A stretch of 30,171 nt of DNA. It comes from Candidatus Omnitrophota bacterium. GTDB lineage: Bacteria; Omnitrophota; Omnitrophia; Omnitrophales; Aquincolibacteriaceae. Position numbers and translations under genes: made by a program. The notes beneath the pieces are model-generated. The model saw only the letters and a list, made by a program, of their open reading frames with translations. It was not told the origin of the DNA and ran no database searches. The DNA is taken from assembly GCA_043803685.1 (NCBI GenBank), contig JAZDJU010000091.1, positions 1 to 30,171 on the forward strand, written 5' to 3'. Shown here one piece after another: positions 17,073 to 29,094 of this stretch. Positions within the stretch are counted from its first letter, which is position 1. The number at the start of each line of letters is the position of its first letter.

Positions 17073-17203
17073 AGACTTTTCCACAAAAAAGCTTTTTCAC
17101 ATCTCTTTCTTTATTATATAGTTATGTGGGTTGTCCACAAATTCACAGGTGTTGTTACTAAGATTGCTTTCTTTAATATAGAATAATAAAAGAAGGAGCG
17201 TTT
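17073..17203. other. oriC sub-region between dnaA and dnaN
   Basis: DnaA boxes TTTTCCACA (17077-85), TTTTTCACA (17093-101), TTGTCCACA (17131-39) and AAATTCACA-GG (17139-49), followed by an AT-rich tract. Confidence 0.8.
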
Positions 17204-18304
17204 ATGGAAATAAAAGTTCAAAAAGGGGATTTGTTAAAAAAACTTTCTTTGGGGGTGAATATCGCGGCCTCAAAGCCAAACACTCTCCCCATACTAAACA
17301 ATCTTCTTTTAGAGACTCAGAAAAATGGAAAAGTTAAAATTATTGCGACAGATATGGACCTTGGGATTTCCACTCTTTTACCCGCGGAGATCATCCAACC
17401 CGGGAGCGTCACAATACCCGCGAGAAAGTTTTTTGATATTATCAAGGAACTCCCAGAGGGAATTATTGAAATTAGTGTTAGTAAAAACAATACCGTTAAT
17501 ATTAAAGCAGGAAAAGCGAACTTTAAAATATTAGGGCTTGATAAAGAGGAGTATCCCAAACTCCCCGAGTTTTCCCTCGATGAAGCGATAGAGATCGAAC
17601 AAGGGATTATGAAGGAAAGCCTTTCTTTGACCGCTTTTGCCATTTCGCATGATGAGACACGCTATGTTTTAAATGGGGTTCTTTTCGGGATTCAAGGAAG
17701 TCAGATCAGGTTTGTCGCGACAGATGGAAGAAGAATGGCTTTTTATAAAAAAGAGACAAAACAAAAAAACAATAAAAGCGCCGAGATGATTGTTCCCGCT
17801 AAAACCATTCACGAACTTTTAAAGCTTTTAGAATGGGAAGGAACTGTTAAGATCGTTAGTACTCAAAATAAAGTTATTTTTTGTTTCGAGGACACCTATC
17901 TCACCTCAAGTTTAATAGAAGGAAATTTTCCAAATTACGATCAGGTGATTCCCAAAGAAGAAAAAACGATAGTTCAAACAAACCGGGAGGAGTTTCTTCA
18001 AGCTGTGAAACGAGTGTCCTTGTTAACCTCCCCCGAAGCGCCGGCGCTTAAATTTGATTTTGTAAAAAATAAAATCATTGTTTCCGCAAAAACCCCGAAT
18101 ATGGGAGAGGCGAAAGAAGAGATATCCGCGGACGTTAAAGGGGGGGAGATCACCATCGGCTTTAACCCGGGATATTTTCTAGATGTGTTGAAAAATCTTT
18201 CTGACGAGAACATCGGGATCTCGCTCACAAGCCCCGACAAGCCCGGGGTGATCAAGGGGCGCGAAGGATATCTTTACGTGATCATGCCGATGCAGCTCAA
18301 CTAG
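17204..18304 (+). CDS. dnaN: DNA polymerase III beta sliding clamp
   Basis: 366 aa. Motifs: LPILNNLL, ATDMD, DETRYVLNG, VATDGRRM, LIEGNFPNY, IGFNPGY, YVIMPM. AAGGAG RBS. Confidence 0.98.
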   Translation: MEIKVQKGDLLKKLSLGVNIAASKPNTLPILNNLLLETQKNGKVKIIATDMDLGISTLLPAEIIQPGSVTIPARKFFDIIKELPEGIIEISVSKNNTVNIKAGKANFKILGLDKEEYPKLPEFSLDEAIEIEQGIMKESLSLTAFAISHDETRYVLNGVLFGIQGSQIRFVATDGRRMAFYKKETKQKNNKSAEMIVPAKTIHELLKLLEWEGTVKIVSTQNKVIFCFEDTYLTSSLIEGNFPNYDQVIPKEEKTIVQTNREEFLQAVKRVSLLTSPEAPALKFDFVKNKIIVSAKTPNMGEAKEEISADVKGGEITIGFNPGYFLDVLKNLSDENIGISLTSPDKPGVIKGREGYLYVIMPMQLN

Positions 18305-18337
18305 TCCGGAAAAAGGACGATAATAGAACGGTTCTTC

Positions 18338-21191
<2,854 letters not shown>

Positions 21192-21214
21192 TAAAGGATA
21201 AAAGGAAAGCAATC

Positions 21215-23728
21215 ATGGCAGACGAAAAAAACTTATACGCAATGAATGAAAAGATTATCCTCCGGCCCATTGAAGAGGAAATGAAAGATTCTTACATCGA
21301 TTACGCGATGTCGGTCATTGTCGGGCGCGCGCTCCCGGACGTTCGCGATGGGTTGAAGCCGGTGCACCGGCGCATTTTGTACGCCATGAACGATCTTGGG
21401 CTCACGCACAGCAAGGCATACAAGAAATCCGCCCGCATCGTCGGAGAAGTGCTCGGGAAGTACCATCCGCACGGGGACACGGCGGTCTATGACTCGATGG
21501 TCCGCATGGCGCAGGATTTCTCGCTCCGTTATCCGCTCGTGGAGGGGCAGGGAAACTTTGGCTCGATCGATGGCGACAGCGCGGCGGCCATGCGTTATAC
21601 CGAGGCCCGGCTTTCAAGCATCAGCAACGAGCTTTTAACCGACATCGACAAAGACACGGTCGATTTCGTTCCCAACTTTGACGAATCTCTTGTCGAGCCG
21701 TCGCTCCTTCCGTCCAAGCTGCCCACGCTGTTGGTGAATGGCTCCACCGGCATTGCGGTCGGCATGGCGACCAACATTCCACCGCACAATTTGACCGAGA
21801 TCTCGAAAGCGATCCTTGCGACGATCGATAACCCCGATGTGACCGCTAAAGAACTTTCAAAAATTGTGACGGGACCGGACTTTCCTACCGCGGGGCTTAT
21901 TGTCGGACGCGAAGGGATCAAGAGGGCTTATGAAACCGGACGCGGACAGATCGTCATGCGCGCCAAAGCGGCGATCGAAACCGGGCGAAGCAAAAAAGAC
22001 GCGATCATCATCACAGAGATCCCGTATCAGGTCAACAAGACGAACCTGATCGAGTCCATTGTACGACTCGTGGAAGACAAGAAGATCGAGGGCGTTTCCG
22101 ACCTCCGCGACGAATCGGACCGCGACGGAATGCGTGTCGTGATCGAGCTTAAGAAAGACGCCATCCCCCAGGTGATCTTGAATAATCTTTATAAGCACAC
22201 CCAATTGCAGTCCTCTTTCGGCGTCATCATGCTTGCCCTCGTGGACGGGCAGCCGCGCGTTCTCACCCTGAAACAGATGCTGGAACATTTTATTGATTTT
22301 CGCGTTACGGTCATTATGCGCCGGACAAGGTTTGAGCTGGATAAGGCGGAAAGACGCGCGCACATCTTGGAGGGCTACAAAAAAGCGATCGCCAATCTCG
22401 ACAAGGTCATCAAGATCATCCGCACATCGAAGAGCCCGGAGCTTGCCAAAGAAGGACTGATGAAGGCCCTGGCGCTTACCGAGATCCAGGCCAAGGCGAT
22501 TCTCGAACTCCAGCTACAGAGACTCACTCAGCTTGAACGGCTGAAGATCGACGAAGAATATCTCGAACTGATCAAAAAGATCGAATATTACAAGTCGGTC
22601 CTCAAGAGTCGTCGCAAGGTTCTTGATATCATCAAGGAAGAAACGAACGAGATCCTGAAAAAATACGGCGACGAACGACGGACGCAGATCGTGGCCGCCG
22701 AAGGCGATATCGATATTGAAGATCTGATCGCTCAGGAAGACGTCCTGATCACGATCTCACACGCGGGCTACATCAAACGGATCCCGGTCACCATGTATCG
22801 TAGGCAGAATCGCGGCGGGAGCGGCGTGTCCGGAGCGGGCGTCCGCGACGACGAGGATTTTATCGAGCACATGTTCCTCGCGTCGACGCACGACTTCATC
22901 TTGTTTTTCACAAACCAGGGGCGCGTGTATTGGCGTAAAGCCTACGATATTCCGCAGGCTTCCCGCCAGGCGAAGGGGAAAGCGATCGTCAATTTTCTTT
23001 CACTTACGCAGAATGAACAGGTCTCCGGGTTTTTACAGGTCAAGGAATTCGATGACAAGCGATACGTGCTTATGGTTACAGCCAAAGGCGTGATCAAAAA
23101 AACGAACCTGATCGAATATTCGAGGCCTCGTTCCAGCGGCATCAATGCCATCACTCTGCGCGACAAGGACGAGCTGGTGGCCTGCAAGATCACTTCCGGC
23201 AGGGACGAGATCTTTATCGCGACACGCGACGGTAAAGCCATCCGCTTTCAGGAGAGCAATGTTCGCGAAATGGGGCGGAGCGCGACCGGCGTGCGGGGCG
23301 TCAACCTGGCCAAAGGTGATGAGGTGATCGCAGCCGAGATCGTGAACCCGAAAGCGACAGCGCTCACGATCACACAGAACGGCTTCGGCAAGAAAACGCT
23401 TTTTGCCCAATACCGGATCCAGTCCCGCGGCGGAAAAGGCATCATCAATATCAAGGTGTCCGAAAAGAACGGCAAGGTTGTGAATGTTCTGACCGTTGCC
23501 GAAGAGGACGAGATCATCATCGTGACCACGAGCGGCATGGTCGTGCGCTGTCCCGTTAGCCAGATCCGCACCTCCGGCCGCAACGCCGTGGGCGTTCATG
23601 TGATGCGCCTCAAAGACAAGGACAAGATCGCTTCCGCGACGCGTGTGGTCGCCAAGGAAGAAGAATCTGATGCGGGCCAACTCGAGCTTTTGGAAGAAAA
23701 AGCCCCGACGAAGAATAGTTCTAAATAG
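21215..23728 (+). CDS. gyrA: DNA gyrase subunit A
   Basis: Motifs: [42 protein letters not shown], GyrA-box-like QNRGGSG and C-terminal beta-pinwheel repeats. Confidence 0.98.
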   Translation: MADEKNLYAMNEKIILRPIEEEMKDSYIDYAMSVIVGRALPDVRDGLKPVHRRILYAMNDLGLTHSKAYKKSARIVGEVLGKYHPHGDTAVYDSMVRMAQDFSLRYPLVEGQGNFGSIDGDSAAAMRYTEARLSSISNELLTDIDKDTVDFVPNFDESLVEPSLLPSKLPTLLVNGSTGIAVGMATNIPPHNLTEISKAILATIDNPDVTAKELSKIVTGPDFPTAGLIVGREGIKRAYETGRGQIVMRAKAAIETGRSKKDAIIITEIPYQVNKTNLIESIVRLVEDKKIEGVSDLRDESDRDGMRVVIELKKDAIPQVILNNLYKHTQLQSSFGVIMLALVDGQPRVLTLKQMLEHFIDFRVTVIMRRTRFELDKAERRAHILEGYKKAIANLDKVIKIIRTSKSPELAKEGLMKALALTEIQAKAILELQLQRLTQLERLKIDEEYLELIKKIEYYKSVLKSRRKVLDIIKEETNEILKKYGDERRTQIVAAEGDIDIEDLIAQEDVLITISHAGYIKRIPVTMYRRQNRGGSGVSGAGVRDDEDFIEHMFLASTHDFILFFTNQGRVYWRKAYDIPQASRQAKGKAIVNFLSLTQNEQVSGFLQVKEFDDKRYVLMVTAKGVIKKTNLIEYSRPRSSGINAITLRDKDELVACKITSGRDEIFIATRDGKAIRFQESNVREMGRSATGVRGVNLAKGDEVIAAEIVNPKATALTITQNGFGKKTLFAQYRIQSRGGKGIINIKVSEKNGKVVNVLTVAEEDEIIIVTTSGMVVRCPVSQIRTSGRNAVGVHVMRLKDKDKIASATRVVAKEEESDAGQLELLEEKAPTKNSSK

Positions 23729-23741
23729 GAGCCTTCGCACT

Positions 23742-25013
23742 GTGCTCGATCTTAAGTTCATCCGCGAAAACCCCGACCAGGTTGCTCGCGCCATCGAATC
23801 CAAGGGCGCCTCTGCTGACATTCAAACCCTCTTAGACCTTGACCAGGAAAAACGCGCCCTTTTGACACAAAGCGAGGAGCTCAAAGCCAGGCGAAATGTT
23901 GTGAGCGAAGAGATCGCAAAGCTCAAAAGGCAGGGCGGTCCAGTGGAAGCCATTATATCTGAAATGAGAGTAGCGTCCCAAAAAATAGCAGAATTTGATG
24001 CTAAAGTGGGAGAAATTTCAGAAAAAATAGAAAAAATAGAGCTTTCAATCCCTAATATGCCGTTATCTGATGTTCCTGTCTGCCGTGGCGCCGAAGGGAA
24101 CAAAATAGTTCGAACCTGGGGCGAACCCAGGAAGCTTGGATTCAAAGCCAAGGACCATCTCGAGTTGGCTTCCGAGCTCGGGCTTTTCTCCATGGAAAAG
24201 GGGAGCAAGATCACAGGGGCTGGTTTTCCCGTCTATTTTGGGGCTGGTGCCAAGCTCGAACGGTCGCTGATCAGCCTCATGTTAGACCTTCACGTAAAAA
24301 AACACGGCTACACCGAAGTTTGGGCGCCGACCATTGTAAATCGAGCCTCTATGCGAGGCACCGGACAGATCCCGAAGATGGAAGAGGATATGTACGCGCT
24401 TGCAGCGGGCGAAGGCGAAGAAAAGGGCTCCTTCTTTCTGATCCCCACCGCGGAAGTTCCCATTACGAATCTTTTGCGCGATGAAACGATCGAGGAAAAA
24501 GATCTTCCCGTTAAATACACGGGTTACACGCCCTGCTTTCGCAAAGAAGCGGGCTCCTATGGAAAAGACACGCGCGGGCTTTCCCGCGTCCATCAGTTTG
24601 ACAAGATCGAGATGGTGAAATTTGTGAAGCCGGAAGGCTCTCTGCAGGAACTGGAAGCTCTTGTGAAGGATGCGGAAGACGTTCTTCAGGCGCTGGAACT
24701 TCCTTATCGCGTCGTCCTGCTTGGGAGCGGGGACATGAGCTTCGCGGCGGCAAAGTGTTACGATCTGGAAGTTTGGGCGCCGGCGACGCAAAAATGGTTT
24801 GAAGTTTCAAGCTGTAGTTTGTTCACGGATTTTCAGGCGCGGAGAATGAATATCCGCTACAGGAATGCCGCGACCAAAAAGCTCGAATTTGTCCACACGC
24901 TCAATGGTTCCGGGGTGGCGTTGGCCCGGATCGTGCTTTGCCTCCTCGAAAACTTTCAGGGGACGGACGGAAAGATCGTTTTCCCGAAGGCGCTGCAGGT
25001 GTACCTGGACTAA
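23742..25013 (+). CDS. serS: Serine--tRNA ligase
   Basis: Start at GTG 23742 (MLDLKFIRENP) after AGGAG. Motifs: LIPTAEVP, TPCFRKEAG, RVHQFDKIE, EVSSCS..TDFQARR, HTLNGSG. Confidence 0.97.
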   Translation: MLDLKFIRENPDQVARAIESKGASADIQTLLDLDQEKRALLTQSEELKARRNVVSEEIAKLKRQGGPVEAIISEMRVASQKIAEFDAKVGEISEKIEKIELSIPNMPLSDVPVCRGAEGNKIVRTWGEPRKLGFKAKDHLELASELGLFSMEKGSKITGAGFPVYFGAGAKLERSLISLMLDLHVKKHGYTEVWAPTIVNRASMRGTGQIPKMEEDMYALAAGEGEEKGSFFLIPTAEVPITNLLRDETIEEKDLPVKYTGYTPCFRKEAGSYGKDTRGLSRVHQFDKIEMVKFVKPEGSLQELEALVKDAEDVLQALELPYRVVLLGSGDMSFAAAKCYDLEVWAPATQKWFEVSSCSLFTDFQARRMNIRYRNAATKKLEFVHTLNGSGVALARIVLCLLENFQGTDGKIVFPKALQVYLD

Positions 25014-25032
25014 GTTTTTCGGCTTTCGCCCC

Positions 25033-25061
25033 TTGATTATTCCTTCCGGAAAACATAGACT
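25033..25061 (+). promoter_or_regulatory. Putative sigma70 promoter for tRNA-Ser(GGA)
   Basis: TTGATT-17 nt-TAGACT, directly after serS. Confidence 0.6.
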
Positions 25062-25078
25062 CTAGCGCAATTTGCGCT

Positions 25079-25141
25079 CGGGGAACGATGAGCGGGAAAC
25101 GGCGAACGGAAAACGTTACCCGTTTCCCGAGAAACGTTCCC
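25079..25141. repeat. Degenerate heptamer array with inverted halves
   Basis: GGGAACG ATGAGCG GGAAACG GCGAACG GAAAACG, then CGTTACC CGTTTCC CGAGAAA CGTTCCC. CG recurs every 7 nt, nine times. Confidence 0.75.
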
Positions 25142-25154
25142 CCGTAATTTATAA

Positions 25155-25243
25155 GGAGAGATGCCGGAGCGGTTGAACGGGCGCGCCTGGAAAGTGCGTA
25201 GGCCTCGAAAGGGGTCTCCAGGGTTCGAATCCCTGTCTCTCCG
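25155..25243 (+). tRNA. tRNA-Ser(GGA)
   Basis: Acceptor stem GGAGAGA/TCTCTCC, anticodon arm CGCGC-CTGGAAA-GTGCG, long variable arm, T arm CAGGG-TTCGAAT-CCCTG and discriminator G. CCA is not encoded. Confidence 0.97.
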
Positions 25244-25402
25244 TTTTACTCGTGTAAAACGACGGCATCGTCGAGACGTAAGGAAGTCTCGAACGATGAC
25301 CGCCGCAGGATTCGAGAAAGGATGAGAAGAGTCCTGAAGCGAAGGGCGTTTTATTCGGGCGCTCAGAGGCATTTCCTCCTTTTCCAAAGAACGGCCGCTT
25401 CT

Positions 25403-27331
25403 ATGAACAATAAGAAACGAAGCATAGCGCTCGCCGTTGCGTTGTTGGTTGTGCTTGGGTTTTCCGCAAGGGCGCTTCTGACGCGGCAAACCGAAAGCCC
25501 CTTCAAGAAAAAGATCGTGGTCCTCGGCATGGACGCGCTTGACCCCGCGATCGTCGAACGCTTGATCCAGGCAGGAAAACTCCCGCGCTTTGCCCGCCTG
25601 AAAGGGACGGGTTCCTATAGCCGCCTCTCCACGACCAACCCGCCACAATCTCCGGTCGCCTGGGCCGCTTTCGCTACGGGGAAAAACCCAGGACGGAATG
25701 GGGTTTTTGATTTTATTAAGCGAGACCCCAAAACCTACGGGCTGGAACTTGTTTTTTCCGGGAAGAACGGAAAACCTCCCGCAAGGATCTTGAAAGAAAA
25801 AGGCTTTTGGAATTACGCCTCCGAAAAGAAAGTCCCTGTCGTGGCGTTGTCTTGCCCCGACACTTTCCCTCCGGACAAGGTTTACGGCAAAATGCTTTCA
25901 GGGATGGGAGTGCCGGACATTTTGGGGACGCAAGGAACGTTTGTTTTTTATACCTCGGAACCGAGCCGTAAGGACAAAAGCGTTGGCGGCAAAGTGATTC
26001 AGATCCCAAAAACGCCGGTCGTGGAATCAGAGCTTGTGGGTCCCCGAAAAGCCAGGACGGGCGGCAAGGCCCAAAACGTTCGCGTTCCGTTCCGCCTGGT
26101 TCTTCTGGACAAAGAACACGCCCGGGTTGAATATCAAGGACGGAAAACAGAACTGGCAGTTGGCCAGTGGAGCGACTGGAGAAAGGTCGATTTCAGCCTC
26201 GGTTTTTTCCGAAAGGCCCGGGGGATCTTTAAGTTTTACCTTGTCTCAACCGAGCCAGAAATACGGCTCTACGTTAGCCCTATTAACTTTGACCCAAGAC
26301 ACCCCTTTTTTCCGATTTCTTATCCCAAAAACTATGCGGGCCAACTAGCCAAAGAGATCGGACTTTATTACACCCAGGGCATGCCGATGGACACCTGGGC
26401 GCTGAACGAAAACCGCCTTTCGGAGGACGCTTTTTTGCATCAGTCCGAGGCAGTATTCAAAGAACGGCGTGAGATGTTCGATCTGGAGCTTGGGCGGTTC
26501 AAGGGCGGGATCCTGTTCTGTTATTTCGAGAGTATCGACATCATTCAGCACATGTTTTGGCGATATATGGACCCGGAACATCCTTCGTATAAGAAAGGGG
26601 CGGAGCAAAGAGATGAGATCGATAGGTGGTATGTGAAAATGGACGAGGTTCTGGGAGACGCTTTTGCCAAACTGGGTCCGGAAGACACCTTGATCGTTCT
26701 CTCCGACCACGGCTTCGGAAGCTTTCGAAGGGCGGTGCATTTGAACAGTTGGCTTAGAGAAATGGGCCATCTTTCGCTGAAGAAAGAAATAAAAAACGCA
26801 ACAGACCGGGAACTCTTCGAAGCGGTCGATTGGGAAAAGACCCAGGCCTATGCTCTGGGGTTCGGTGGCATTTATATCAATCAGAGGGGAAGGGAATCCC
26901 GCGGGACGGTAGATCCCGGCGAGGAAACGGAAACCCTGAAAAACAAGATCGCCGAAGAACTAGAAGCCTGGACCGACGAACCATCCGAAGAGCCGATCGT
27001 CCGGAAAGTTTACAAAAGGGAAGAGATCTTTCACGGGCCTTATGCCGAGGAAGCCCCCGATCTCTATGTCGGATTCAACCCCGGATACCGGGCATCGTGG
27101 CAAACTGCGATCGGGGGAGCTCCCGCGAAACGGGTGGAGAACAATCTCAAAAAGTGGTCCGGAGACCATTTATTTGATCCCACAACGGTCCCTGGGGTGA
27201 TCTTTTCGAATCGGAAAATCCTTCGAAGGGATCCAACGATCTACGATGTGGCGCCGAGCATTTTAAAAGAGGCGGGCTTTACCGACGAGGAGATCCAGCA
27301 AAAGGACTTCGATGGGAAACCACTCTTTTGA
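25403..27331 (+). CDS. Alkaline phosphatase superfamily protein (type I phosphodiesterase/nucleotide pyrophosphatase-like), exported or membrane-anchored
   Basis: Signal/TM segment after ATG 25403. Motifs: VLGMDALD, STTNPPQSPVAWAAFATGKNPG, DIIQHMFW, VLSDHGF, WSGDH, IYDVAPSIL. Confidence 0.88.
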   Translation: MNNKKRSIALAVALLVVLGFSARALLTRQTESPFKKKIVVLGMDALDPAIVERLIQAGKLPRFARLKGTGSYSRLSTTNPPQSPVAWAAFATGKNPGRNGVFDFIKRDPKTYGLELVFSGKNGKPPARILKEKGFWNYASEKKVPVVALSCPDTFPPDKVYGKMLSGMGVPDILGTQGTFVFYTSEPSRKDKSVGGKVIQIPKTPVVESELVGPRKARTGGKAQNVRVPFRLVLLDKEHARVEYQGRKTELAVGQWSDWRKVDFSLGFFRKARGIFKFYLVSTEPEIRLYVSPINFDPRHPFFPISYPKNYAGQLAKEIGLYYTQGMPMDTWALNENRLSEDAFLHQSEAVFKERREMFDLELGRFKGGILFCYFESIDIIQHMFWRYMDPEHPSYKKGAEQRDEIDRWYVKMDEVLGDAFAKLGPEDTLIVLSDHGFGSFRRAVHLNSWLREMGHLSLKKEIKNATDRELFEAVDWEKTQAYALGFGGIYINQRGRESRGTVDPGEETETLKNKIAEELEAWTDEPSEEPIVRKVYKREEIFHGPYAEEAPDLYVGFNPGYRASWQTAIGGAPAKRVENNLKKWSGDHLFDPTTVPGVIFSNRKILRRDPTIYDVAPSILKEAGFTDEEIQQKDFDGKPLF

Positions 27332-27373
27332 ACGAAAAACGCCGGAAGGACTTGGCTTGGGCGGGATGAAAAA

Positions 27374-28744
27374 ATGAACTTTAAAAAAAAGATCGCCTCA
27401 AAGAAGATCTGGGTTTTATGCGCGGCTTTCCTGGCCGCTTCGGGCGGAGCTCTCCTTTGGGGGGCTCAAAAGGACAAAGGCAACGTTATTTTCATTACCC
27501 TGGACGCGCTCAGAGCGGACCATATGAGTTGTTATGGATATCCAAGAAATACAACCCCTCACATGGATAAACTCGCTCGAGAGGGGGCGCTTTTCACACA
27601 AGCGATCTCAGTCTCTTCCCTCACGATTTCCTCTGTGCCCTCCATCATGACTTCCACATATCCGGACGCGCACAGGATACGCGAGTTTGGAGATCTTTTG
27701 GACCCTTCGATCATTTCTTTGGGGGGAGCGCTGAAAGAGAACGGTTTTTTTACGGGCGCCATTACAGCACAACTATTTCCTCACTTGCTTTTTAGAGGAG
27801 ACTTTCTTTCAACGAAGGTGCAGCTGGACGCGAAAGCCGATCAAATGACAGATTGGGCCATCGAGTGGCTCGAGCGCCATAAAAATAAAAGGTTCTTTCT
27901 TTGGATGCATTACTTCGATCCTCACGGCCCGTACACGCCACCCGCGCCCTATGACACAATGTATTTAGAAGATAAATTTTACAAAAAAGGGGAGGAAGTC
28001 CCCTTGCTGGATCGAAAACGGGGAGGTTTTGGCGGCATTCCGGGCTATCAGGCGCAACGCGCAAGCAAAGACAAAAATTTCTATATTGCTCAATATGATG
28101 GCGAAATACGATTTGCCGATGAGCAGATCGGCAGACTTGTTAAAGCGCTAGAAGCAAAAGGATTGTCGCGCAAAACCACGATCATCATAAGCGCAGATCA
28201 CGGCGAAAGCATGGGCGAGCACGGGTACTACTTTGACCATGGAGCTTCTCTGTATGACGCCTTGGTCCGAGTCCCGCTCATCATTTATCATCCCGCGATG
28301 AAACCTTTGAAGCGGGTCATTCACCAACAAGTCTCTCTCGTGGATATCATGCCGACGATCCTGGGCATTACGAAAGCAAAACCTCCCCGGCAGGCTAGGA
28401 TGGAAGGCGCGGACCTTATGCCTTTGATCACCCATGGAAAGACCTACGAAAACGCCTATGTGTTTGGCGAATATTTCGATGGAGAAGCTCAGCAGTACGC
28501 TTTGCGCAGCAACGAATGGAAGCTTATCTATGAAAAAAAACTCGGCCATTACGAACTGTATGACTTAAGAAAAGATCCCGGAGAAGAAAAAAACGTTTTT
28601 GGGGAGGATCCGGAGCATTCGAAGATGTTGGCGAGGCAGCTTAATGCTTTCATCGAGCGCCCCATGGAAAAAACAGACGGGAAACGCACAGAGCTCAGCG
28701 AAGAAAACCAAGAAAAACTAAGATCCTTGGGCTATCTTAATTAA
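27374..28744 (+). CDS. Sulfatase-like hydrolase/transferase (alkaline phosphatase superfamily), exported
   Basis: Motifs: ITLDALRADH, TPHMD, HYFDPHGPY, YDGEI, ADHGE..GEH, RVPLII, DIMPTIL, ELYDL..DP.E and C-terminal LRSLGY. N-terminal signal segment. Confidence 0.9.
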   Translation: MNFKKKIASKKIWVLCAAFLAASGGALLWGAQKDKGNVIFITLDALRADHMSCYGYPRNTTPHMDKLAREGALFTQAISVSSLTISSVPSIMTSTYPDAHRIREFGDLLDPSIISLGGALKENGFFTGAITAQLFPHLLFRGDFLSTKVQLDAKADQMTDWAIEWLERHKNKRFFLWMHYFDPHGPYTPPAPYDTMYLEDKFYKKGEEVPLLDRKRGGFGGIPGYQAQRASKDKNFYIAQYDGEIRFADEQIGRLVKALEAKGLSRKTTIIISADHGESMGEHGYYFDHGASLYDALVRVPLIIYHPAMKPLKRVIHQQVSLVDIMPTILGITKAKPPRQARMEGADLMPLITHGKTYENAYVFGEYFDGEAQQYALRSNEWKLIYEKKLGHYELYDLRKDPGEEKNVFGEDPEHSKMLARQLNAFIERPMEKTDGKRTELSEENQEKLRSLGYLN

Positions 28745-28868
28745 AGAACGCTCGGCTAAAAGACGGCAGCTTGGTTTTGGCGCTACCAAAGATGATGGGG
28801 CGGAACAGGAATTGTGGCGATAAGACAGAATGAACCGCCAAAAAAATTACATTTTTTAATCTGTGTTT

Positions 28869-28877
28869 TGATATAGT
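28869..28877 (+). promoter_or_regulatory. Putative extended -10 promoter for tRNA-Ser(GCT)
   Basis: TGATATAGT (TGn-TATAGT), preceded by A/T tracts, 80 nt upstream of the tRNA. Confidence 0.4.
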
Positions 28878-28957
28878 ATGGCTCAATTTTCGACTAGCGA
28901 GAGACGGGCAATTTTTTCGTTCGAAGGCTATGGTCTTTTGTTTGGGGCCTGATCTTT

Positions 28958-29048
28958 GGAGGGGTCGCATAGCCCGGCTTAGTGCGTCGGTTTGCTAAAC
29001 CGATGTGGCGCGAAAGCGTCACCGGGGGTTCAAATCCCCCCCCCTCCG
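28958..29048 (+). tRNA. tRNA-Ser(GCT)
   Basis: Acceptor stem GGAGGGG/CCCCTCC, anticodon arm TCGGT-TTGCTAA-ACCGA, long variable arm GTGGCGC-GAAA-GCGTCAC, T arm GGGGG-TTCAAAT-CCCCC and discriminator G. CCA is not encoded. Confidence 0.96.
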
Positions 29049-29094
29049 TTTTTTAAATAAATAAAGGCAATAGCTATAGGTTGCGGGAGGGTTT

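Noticed and set aside
23643..23741. N-terminal extension of the serS ORF
   Set aside because: It overlaps the gyrA 3' end. GTG 23742 has an RBS and gives the canonical MLD start.
25121..25136. parS-like CGTTTCCCGAGAAACG
   Set aside because: It has four mismatches to the consensus, two in the central CACGTG. It is better explained as part of the heptamer array, although weak ParB binding cannot be excluded.
25079..25141. Possible CRISPR or mini-array
   Set aside because: The units are 7 nt and degenerate, with no spacers and no cas genes nearby.
25037..25648. 203-aa minus-strand ORF and the 25322 upstream start of the AlkP gene
   Set aside because: The ORF is antisense to the tRNA and the AlkP gene. 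The upstream start lies in the structured spacer, while ATG 25403 directly precedes the signal peptide.
25244..28957. Integrative element or prophage at tRNA-Ser
   Set aside because: There is no integrase, and I found no duplicated tRNA 3' end (att site) in the flanks. It is kept only as a possible old insertion.
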